DNA of 64,000 bases from Sphyrna mokarran (Eukaryota): assembly GCA_024679065.1 (NCBI GenBank), contig JAGIQG010000017.1, positions 32,116,001 through 32,180,000 on the forward strand. Direction: 5' to 3'. A program made the translations under genes and the position numbers. The notes below the pieces were generated by a model. The model searched no databases. It was not told where the DNA came from and was given only the letters and a program-made list of their open reading frames with translations. This document shows positions 54,339-64,000 of this stretch, piece after piece; the stretch's first letter is position 1; each line of letters begins with the position of its first letter.

Positions 54339-54520
54339 AGAGAGAAACTGAGTCAATTTTGTTTGAGTCACTCTAACTTCTTCAGAGCTCTGAAGAAGTG
54401 TCATATAGATTCAAAACTTTAATTCTGTTTCTCTCTCCACCAGATGCCACCAAACTTGCTGGATTTGCTAGCATTTTGGTTTTATTTCAGATTTGCAGCG
54501 TTTGCAGTATTTTGCTTTTA
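54339..54520. mobile_element. Second-family fold-back element with a degenerate hammerhead (CTGAAGA core)
   Basis: Palindrome centre acttcttcagagctctgaagaagt at about 54376-54399. Outer inverted match agagagaaac / gtttctctct. Decayed stem II and GAAAC (gtcatatagattcaaaac). Confidence 0.6.
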
Positions 54521-55254
54521 TATTGAATCTACCATTAGTCTGGTATCTCAACACTTTTTAAACTTTATATCTGGCTGAGCTTCACATAGGAGACTCCTGA
54601 TTTCTTGCCCTATCTCTGTCCCAATATGTTTAATCCTCGCTCAATGGTAACATCTTGCTGCAAGCATTTAAGTGAAACCTAACGATGAAAACTAATTAGG
54701 CTTAGGCCAGTTCCAACGGGTCAGTGGCAGACTTGCATTGCCCAACAACAGAAGTGTATCCCATAATTAAAATGATGAAACTTTTGAAATGTTCTATTGA
54801 ACCTTCATATCTTTTTTAATGTTTGGATGTTGTTCTACTGCAGAATGATTTATGATATTCAAATTCTATTTACTTTCTTTAAGTCCAAAAATTAGTGCAT
54901 TAACAAATATAAAATAGATTTTGTTAAAAACATTACATTTGCAACCAAGCAGCACAACATAAAGAGATATTGTTTCCTTTTAAACCTGCTATAGGTGAAT
55001 TGTCTTGTTACAGTTATAAAAAAAACTCTACTTCAGATAACACTGAACAGCTGAATAGAGTTTACCATTTCCAAAATGAACATTTTCCCTTTTATCTTTC
55101 TTAACTTCATGTATCATAGCAACAGCCATTGTATTGTTCACATGTATTGTACAACCCTTTTACTCCTACGTTCTTCATTCTTTTATTCAGTTCTTTATTT
55201 TCATAGTACAATTTATGGCAGCTAAAAAGAAAAAGAAAGACTCTAATTGTATTG

Positions 55255-55635
55255 TACCTTTTAGGTCCTCAGAGGCACCAAAGGACTTTACAACCAGGGA
55301 GGTACTTTTGAAGAGAGGTCACTGTTGTGCTGGAAAAACAGCATCCAATTTGCACACAACAAGCTCCAACAAGCAGAAAAGTTATTATGACTAGATAATA
55401 TTTTAAAAATGTTGGTTGATGGATAAATATTGACCAAGACACTGAGGATACTCTCTTACTTATCCATCTTAGAGAGGAGACAGGGCCTTGTTTTAACATC
55501 TGATCCAAAGGAGGACAATTCCAGCAGTCAGTGCATCCTCAGTATTACACTGGTGTATCAGTATAGAATTTTGTACACATTGTGAAGTAGTACTTGAACC
55601 CACACCCGTCTGACTCAGAAGTTAGAGTTCTACCA
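55255..55635 (-). mobile_element. DeuSINE (SacSINE1/AmnSINE-like)
   Basis: tRNA-like head gctgtggttcagttggtagaactct...gggttcaag on the minus strand. Deu-domain-like gatggataaatattgaccaagacactgagg and gacagggccttgttttaacatctgatcc. Confidence 0.7.
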
Positions 55636-58614
55636 ACTGAACCACAGCTGACACAACATTAGGTCAGTAATAGATTATAAAAAAGGAGCTAATTTAAGAG
55701 ATAATAAAAGTGATGCAGGGAAATTTAGTATAAATATTGTGCTGACAATAATTTGTTCTTTTGACTTCTAAATTCTGTGTGACATCAATAAGAAATGTCA
55801 AAGGCAGAAATGCCTTGAAATTGGAAAGTACTTGTAATTTTGCACAACTGTTTCCTAACAGTTATGCATCATTGTTATGTAACTCATAATTCATGTTGTG
55901 GACAAATACCACTGTAGTTCCAGAATAATACTATCTTTTCACCTGATCCAAAGGCAACCAGTTGGGATGTGTTGGAAGATACAATTTGAAAATCTTGAAC
56001 TCCATATATTACAAGACCATTAAATGTTTAACATACTTTAAAGATATTTTAAAATTTAAAATGTGATGAACCTGTGGTGTAACTGTTTGAAGGATTATGT
56101 CCTCTCAGCTGTCACATAATCCTCTTACTTTTTGAGGTCTTTACTTCAAAATTGTCTCTTCTGCTTCCTACTATTTTTTTTATTTGGCATGTAACATGAT
56201 ATGGGTTACTTCCTGTTTAATATAAAGTGATTCACAAAGAATTTTCAAAAGTCAAAGATATAAAATATTAATTGTTAATGATTCTGATTTCTCAATTTTT
56301 AATTGGTTTGGTTTACAGTTCATCCTTAATGAACACACTTATTAGCTTTCAAACAGCTATTTGATTATGCTATGATGTTCACTATTTATCATATATACTG
56401 GATTATATTTCATAGTGTGGATAATTGGAAATTTGACTTTTAAAATAAATAAAAATGCAGTCAAGATATAATGAAATTCATGAAATTCAGTATAATTTGG
56501 TATGGTGACAACAATTTTTAAAGAAAAGCAGAAAGTTTGTGGCATTTATTTGAAGTGGGATTATGCATTATAATTGTGATGTTACCTTTGGGTTACAAGT
56601 TATAATCCTTTCATATTTTATACCTAAATGATTCTTTTTCAGTATAAATTTAAAAAAAAATAATTTCTCCACTTTACCTGTACCAAGAACAGATTTTTAC
56701 CAAGAAATGCTATTTGAAATTGTCATGTTTCAGTGCATCTAATGTAAATTTAGCAATGACAAACTGACCAGGGGCATACTCAACTGAATCAATTATTATG
56801 TAGATTCCATCTGCAGTGAATTCTATATGCATATCAGTTCCAAATTGAAAAAGATCACAATGCATAAATTTCTTTCAACAAATAAGTTTTAGTTAAGGAT
56901 CAGTCGAATCTTTAACAGTATTTTACAGCTCTAGTTAACAAAAGCAGGCACCTTTTTAAAACCTCATTTAGAGCTTCCAGTAAAAAGTATCCTTAGCAAG
57001 GAACATGAGATGTAAATTCTATTTAATTCTTGATATTATTCAAAAACATTGGACAATAAATGCTTTGCTGTTATTTTAATTTTTAAGTCTACTAACTCTA
57101 AATCAAATTCATGAAAAGCTGGCGTGAATTGATGGAATTCTGTCTAATAACAATATGATGAAAAATCTTAAGGTTTTAGTTTTTAAAACTTTCAAATAAA
57201 TATACTATGTTAGCACTGAGATGATATATCTCTAATTTTATTGACTGTGTACTTGACCATTAGTAAAATGCTAATAATAGACTTATTTTTTCTCTCAAAT
57301 TACTGAGATTAAAAGAAATAACTGAGTTGTCTCATCATACATTGATTACTTGATCATAACACTTGCTTATAAGTTAGATAATCAATTTTAAATACCACAG
57401 AGTTTCTTTTTTCATCATTTTTTGGGCCTAATTAGTTTTTTACTATGTATTCTTAATTTTAAACCTTCAGTGTTAATTGTGTGAGCTACCTATTTTTCAG
57501 AAAATAACTTTAGTTGTTTGAGCTTTCTATTTATTTCCCGGACTAAGTCAATTAATTCATATAAAATAATGTAAATACCTATAGATGCTGACACATCTAG
57601 CCGTTAAGAGATATTGGTCATGTTTGTTAGATTGGTAGATAAGTCTGATTTAACTGTCTGACTTTGGAATGCTCAAGATGGTTCTATAATCATTTAATAT
57701 TAAAGATGGGAAAACAAAAATAGCATCCTCACAATCCATCAGCAAACTTCATCTTATATAACATTAAAGTTAATGATCAAATTACCCCTTAAGGAGGAAG
57801 CGAAGGGTTAAAATGAAGTAATCCTTTCCATGCTGCAAGCCAGAGGTATGAAACAAAATGGTAAGATGGGCTGCTGTTCACTTGAGCCTAACTATTTGTA
57901 AGCCACTGTAGCAAGCTCAAAATTGACATTAGAGATGTTATTTCCAGATTGTTGCTCGCAATGTAGAAAAATAATTTATTTTTGTGAAGTTGTGAAACTG
58001 AGGAATATTTTCATGAATGATTTAAAAGCTATGAGAGTATTATTTATCATCTTTTCTGCAACATAGAGCTATGGTGCGTTGCTTTATCTTTAAAGGGGAT
58101 TTCCAGGGTAACAGACACACAATAAAAAGCAAGCTGTACTATGAGTACTCTGAAATGTTCTTATTATTTCACATCTTTGTCTTGTAGCTTCTACTTGTCA
58201 TCGTTGACCATTAGGTCTCACTAGACAATGTATTACAGAAGGTTTTTTGCTTGCCTGTTCTCTAAATTATTTCTGTCAAGCAGACACTTATAAATTATTT
58301 GATGATAGAAAAACTACTGCATTGGGGTTGCAGGTGAAAAAGCTCGTTTGGTTTGGATGTTTGTACAAGATTCTGGTTGACAGATTTCTTAAATTGAATG
58401 CAATTATATTCAATGTGAAAGTATTGTACACTTTACAGTTACAAAGTCAAGTAAAACATGATTTTCCTTTCAAGATAATCTATTAAGGATGCTGCATTTA
58501 AGGTCTGTATTGTACATGTTCAGCAGCTGCATTTTTAAATTAAATCTATCAGAAATTAATTTAAATATTTGTAGTGGGAAATGAGAGAGTTCTAAAATTA
58601 TAATAGAAATGATT

Positions 58615-59970
58615 GCTTACCTTTGGATAAATTAGAAATGAGAGCACAACGCCTGTATGCTGCGTCTGTTGTAAAAATCCATGTGTATGTGGAGTAGATT
58701 TTCAGTAATGATCCAGCAGTGAAGAATATGAATTGTTAGATTACTTTCCAGGCTGCACGTTAAGCTATTGCTCAAAGTTCCCTCTCGTCCACAGTATTTA
58801 GTCTGCACCTTTCTCTTCATAACAGTGAGACATTTAGCCAGCTGTGACCAACGATGCTTTCGCTAGAGGCAGCCACGCACTTATGAAATTTCCTCTTACT
58901 GAGTTGCCGTGTGCAAGCTCTCCAGGCTGCTGGGGAAGTCCAATTTCTATCAGCTGCTACTGGCAAGCTGTGTATGCAAAGCAAGACCTCGCCTCCTTAT
59001 CATCTTGGCTGAGATGTTTCTACAGTGGATACATGCCAGCAAGCTATTACACAAACTGAATTCTAGGCTTCTTGAAGTGAGTGAAAAATGATATTTTGCT
59101 GCAGTTTTTTTTTTAATTGGATGTTTTTTGCCCACATGTTCCATGCTGACATTTGAGAGAAAACAATCAATTCCTGTAGTATTGTAGGCTGCTGGCTCCC
59201 CACTAGGGAGAGTTAGAATATAACTGATTTTAACCCCTATTCAGATGTAGGTGAATTTGATGAATTTGTTGAATCTGATACTCAGACCATTTTATAATTA
59301 TGTACTAATATGTAAATTGATCATTAAACAAAAAACTCCAAAAATATAACTTCAGTTAATGTTTTCTAATCTTTGAGCTTGTCATACTGTTGAGCTCTAT
59401 TGAACCATTAGTTTTAACTAAAACTGCATGGGAATTGAGTTAATTATTGCTTTCTCCTGCCACTTAGTGACGGAACATTCACATTCTAAAGAATATTTTG
59501 CCGTATAGATTCTTTCTAAAACTCATTTTTTTAAATTGAAGCTACTTCTAGTGTCTGAATTTTATTGCATCCATTTTAGCCAAAATTCAAAAATTCATAC
59601 AATTAATTTGCATTCAGATAAAATATAACATAATATTTTCAAAGCTAGCGCTGTCATGTGAGAGCAGTGCATACTGAAAGTTGGCAGCTTTTATTTAATT
59701 GCGAAGGGACTGCTGTCTGCATCAGTTGACGCATATAGCGTTGAACTGTTGGGAGTCGTTCATCAGTTTAGTCAGTTGGGAGCACTACCATCATTAGTTG
59801 GTGAGCTAAAAGCAATTCTTTTCATATTGCTGCATCTTCAATGACATTAAATAGGTCACTGCTCTTAGACTTGTAATGTGACTCTGGAGATTTTTCTTAT
59901 TGGGGAATCATAACATACAGAAACTGCAGATGCATTTCATTTGAACAGTCACTTGTTAGTACTTACCCCT
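58615..59970 (-). promoter_or_regulatory. Candidate INSYN2A non-coding 5' exons / conserved non-coding block
   Basis: Strong minus-strand donors CCAAAG|GTAAGC (58621/58620) and GCAGGG|GTAAGT (59967/59966) in repeat-free sequence with some retained CpGs, upstream of the first coding exon. Confidence 0.4.
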
Positions 59971-60484
59971 GCTTAGATGTATGTGAAGCTAAATTATGCA
60001 TGTTGCCCAAGAAAATCATCTTTCTGTATGCAATCATTCAAATGCCATTTTTTTTGTCCAGGTTCAGAATTTTTATGTAATATCCTTTCAAATGCATATC
60101 AACTTATGAATAACCTATTATTATATTTCATTGCAATTTACCATTTCAGTTTGAGTGACCTAAAACTTAATTACTATTTTATTTAACAATAAAAATGGTT
60201 TGTAAGTATTCAGCTGTACTAAACTGGCTAATATGAGTTGCAAATGTTTATAATTTGAGTCAATAGAGTTTAGTTTTGTAGAGCACTGAAATGTAATTTG
60301 ATAGATGGGCCAAAATTACATTTAACGTTTAGCATAGGCACTTTTTATGTCTAAGAATCATTTGAGCTTGTCATTGTTACTAATGATTTGTGTCTATAAG
60401 GGTCTTATTGCTTGCATTCCTGAAGGTTTTAATGTATGTGCGGGTTATAAAGTTTCCTTAGGCGATACATTTAAGAACGTTATA

Positions 60485-62275
60485 ACATGAGCAGAAGGGA
60501 TTATGAGGGTGGTTAAAGAACTGAAGGATGCATGTTATCAGAATATTGTATTGAAAGTGTTCAAATTGCACTTTGTCCTCTACAAGATAGTTGCAGACTT
60601 TAGCGCATACAGTGTTACATTCTACGTTCCCAAACTGAGCTCTCTGTCCCCTGAAAAATTTGACGTGATGACATTGTGCCAGTAATGCATGACATCGTTG
60701 AGCCTTTCTCCCAAGTTGGGGAAGGTGAACTGGTGTGGAAATCAGTAGGCCGTCTGCCATTTCAAAATTGTTAATTAAGAAGCAATTAAGCTTATTAATA
60801 ACCTAATCATCTGTAATTTTTCATAGCCTGCATTTTTTGGGTGAAGGACAAACAAACATCTTTTAAGCCTGCTGAAAGGGGACAGGGTAGTAGAAAATAT
60901 CTGCCATGGGACCTTGTTTAAATGTACCAGCACATTCTGCTGGGGAAGGTGATGTAGCACCTGTGATTATTAATGACATATTTTGTTTTTTGAGCTTTCA
61001 GTACAGAATAAAGAATGTTTCTGAAGAGCAGGGGGCATTTACATTTCCAATCATGACCGACTTCCTTTTCACAGAAGTGCTGCTCTGCCACATGATGTCG
61101 CGGCCCTATGGTATCAATTGGGCATGGAACTTCGCTTGCACCTATAATTGACATCCTTCCAACTGGATGATCATTAGATAGTCATCTGACACTTAATTGA
61201 ATTAACAGAGACAGTAAAGTTGGGAGTAAACGGATCACTCAGTTCCTGTTCCATCTTCCATGTCCTGCCAAGAAACATAGCATCCATCATGTAATTTTTT
61301 CCGGTGCACTATTTCTTTGTCAATATGTTGTTTTTAGTTTGTTCTGTTCCACACACTATGGAATGCCACTTCAAGATGATACATAAAGTACTGCAAACAA
61401 ACTTATGCTCTCCTTAACATATGTTATTAAATTTGTAAGAAAATTTGGGAATGAGAATATTGTAGCTAATTGATTGACATGCATCATTTTCACATTAACA
61501 GAAACAAACTAGGTGTAAAAAGTATTGTTTTAATATTTTTCCAAAAAGTATAATGGTACCTGCTGTGGCTAGTTTCATAAGCAAAAACAGTGTGATTTGT
61601 CAGTAATGTGCTTCCATTGTTCACAATTTGCCATACAAAGTATTGCTGTGCCTAAAAATTCTCTACTAAAGGTAAAGATTGCTAAGCCATTCTGAAAAAG
61701 CACATGGATTATTCCTGCAGGAGCCACAATATTTTACTGATGTACATGTTGGTAATTGGCATGGTAGCAGCTTGTGGAGAGAGAAAGGTGATCTATGATG
61801 CTTGGAAATAAAGACCATTTGAAAGGGAGAATGGGAATTCAATGCATGGAGTATTCAAATAGGGGAAAAATAGACAACTGGTACGATTCTCTGGACTCCC
61901 ACCCATGTTGTCCTCAGTGGGAGAGGTGTGGCATGCTGTTCGCTGGCAGCAATTTTCTGGATTTTCTGGTTCCGCTAGTGTCAATGTGAAGGCATCCCAT
62001 GCCGCCAGGAAACCTGTGGGTGGGGAATGTGTTCCGGTGTGATTAAAGAATCCCAGTATTGTTATTGGCCGGAGAATTGACATCATGGCATGCACGTCAA
62101 ATTTTTCAGGGGACAGAGTGCTCAGTTTGGGAATGTAGAATGTAACACTGTATGTGCTAAAGTCTGCAATGATCTTGTAGAGGACAAAGTGCAATTTGAA
62201 CACTTTCAATACAATATTTTGATAACATGCATCCTTCAGTTCTTTAACCACTCTCATAATCCCTTCTGCTACATG
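60485..62275. mobile_element. Putative non-autonomous DNA element with 178-bp terminal inverted repeats and a 5-bp direct repeat ACATG
   Basis: Arms 60490-60667 and 62093-62270 have 7 mismatches by my count. Termini are AGCAGAAGG...CCTTCTGCT. ACATG at 60485-60489 and 62271-62275. Confidence 0.7.
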
Positions 62276-62429
62276 GTGAGATTTTGTGTATAAAATTGCA
62301 TTTGCTTTTTGTATGCATACCATTGGTGTGAGCTGAGCTAGGTGCCTTCTTGATGAGATAGCTTTTGTGGATGTCAGGAACTTGGAGCAGAAATATGCAG
62401 AATTGTCTGATCAAGGTATCAGTTTGCAT

Positions 62430-63010
62430 TTGGTGCTAGTTCAACTATAGGGGTGTCATTTTCGACTTCAGTGCTCTTGCTAATGGCCTCTCCTCTCGCA
62501 CAGCCAGCTATGTATTCAGCAATAGGAAGAAGGAATGCCCACCACTTTTATTTAGTTGGATAATTGGTTGCTGATTTATTTCTGTGAGATGTTGTTAAGT
62601 TGGTCTGGTTTGTACTTCGTTGAACTTTGTCGACAGTGGTGTTGCATTTTGTGACAGTCTTCTCTCTTCAAAAATTCTATTCATGATTCTTGATCTCAGT
62701 CATGCCTGCTGTAATTTCCATCTGTCTTGATTTGTATCATCAAGAAGGGTTAGGGCAGAGATAATGCAAAGATAGACATGCTGATTGGAAAAACAGAAAA
62801 AGGAGGAACGGAGTATTCTCAGTAGGAGACCATGTCCACCCCAGCTCTTCAATAAGTGTTCTTTCATCTTAAACTTAACGAAGAGAAATGTTTACAGTAT
62901 TTCATTTTATGAAGGAGGTGTTCACTGAAATGCGTCACATGTTGCAGCCAGACTTTTGGCTTCGGGGTAGAATGAGGTGATGCTGCAATGGCTACGAAGG
63001 TAATGAGAAT
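62430..63010 (-). mobile_element. Possible highly degraded Penelope-like RT fragment
   Basis: AIAASPHSTPKPKVWLQHV resembles the PK.W.RYVDD context of PLE reverse transcriptases. The downstream sequence is only weakly interpretable. Confidence 0.3.
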
Positions 63011-64000
63011 GGCCAATTTCTTTACATTTGGATCTTTCCATGCTGAGAAAGCTAATACCTCCCATATTCCCACCTGTGCTCAATAAAATGGGGTGGGGGG
63101 AGGTGATTGAATAATAATGCGCATCTCAGGTGATAGCATATGTTACATTGTATCTTTCCAGGGATGAGCAGGTGGATTGTGTTTGGAACTTCAACAGATT
63201 AGAAGGATTCTCCATAGTGTAGGGTGTTATTTGCTGCATATTTTGCTTATCAAATGCTGCATCTAAACGTAGAGAGATATCAGAACCACATAGGCTTCCA
63301 CAACTTGAATGTGCGTTTCAGGCGCAAATATATCCAGCACAGTGTACAGTGAATGCTCGGTGTTCTGTTAGTTATCATGATATCTTTATTCTGCATTATT
63401 CTGCTGGACCATCCTTATTTGAACTCTCGAGCCTTCTGTCAGACGATGGCATCAGAGAGCTCTGTCTCTGTCTGCTGCGGGCATGACAGCGTGTTCGAGC
63501 TCTGGCCTGGCACTAATGCTGCCACTCAATGCCATTCAAGTGCCCCTTTTTTTTCAGTTATCGCTTGCAGGCTCGCTGTGGGCTGCGCCAAGCTGGAGCT
63601 CCACTGCCATGTCAGCAGGAGAGCATTTCTTGCAGTCCAGGATCAGACAGCCTCTCTGAAGACCCGAACCAAAACCTGGTACAACTCCTAGCGGTGGATC
63701 ACTCAGCTCGTGCATCAATGAAGAGCGCAGCTAGCTGCAAGAATTAATGTGAATTGCAGGATGCATTGATCATTGACACTTTGAATGCACTTTGATCATT
63801 AGGTGTATGACTACAGCAAATCAACCACACGTGGGTAGCGTGCATTTTATGAGAGCCAAGTTGTTGCCATACAATTTTATTGTACGTCATTCATGGGATG
63901 TGGGCATTACTGGCTGGGCCAGCTTCCCTGGGGACATAAAACAGTCAACCACATTGTTGTCGATCTGGAGTCAGTGTAGTCTAGATCAGGTAAGAATGAC

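Noticed and set aside
60458-62323. Near-identical ORF pairs (MRVVKELKDACYQNIV... on both strands)
   Set aside because: They are a by-product of the 178-bp inverted repeat, with no recognisable protein motif.
1-64000. DOCK1 exons, CRISPR arrays, prokaryotic systems, rRNA
   Set aside because: No recognisable DOCK1 peptide, no repeat-spacer array and no rRNA. The sequence is vertebrate intron-like, and most short ORFs in the track are random or transposon antisense frames.

Overview
AT-rich vertebrate genomic DNA, most likely from a shark or other elasmobranch (HE1-type V-SINEs, CR1/HER1-like LINEs, a DeuSINE, Rex1 tails). The only host protein-coding gene I can support is INSYN2A (FAM196A) on the minus strand. 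Its three coding exons (53127-51962, 42695-42624, 15272-15083) have canonical GT-AG, phase-2 junctions and give about 475 aa. In mammals this gene lies antisense inside a large DOCK1 intron; I recognised no DOCK1 exon here. The rest is transposon relics: CR1, L2, Rex1, Gypsy, a Copia (GalEa-like) relic, SINEs, MITE-like elements and a tRNA-Ser pseudogene. The most notable signal is a set of short fold-back elements carrying minimal hammerhead-ribozyme motifs of the Penelope-like (PLE) type. One is a perfect 101-bp-arm hairpin with a 15-bp target-site duplication. There is also a 1.78-kb element with 178-bp inverted termini and a 5-bp direct repeat. Repeat boundaries are approximate, and family names come from recalled motifs, not database searches.
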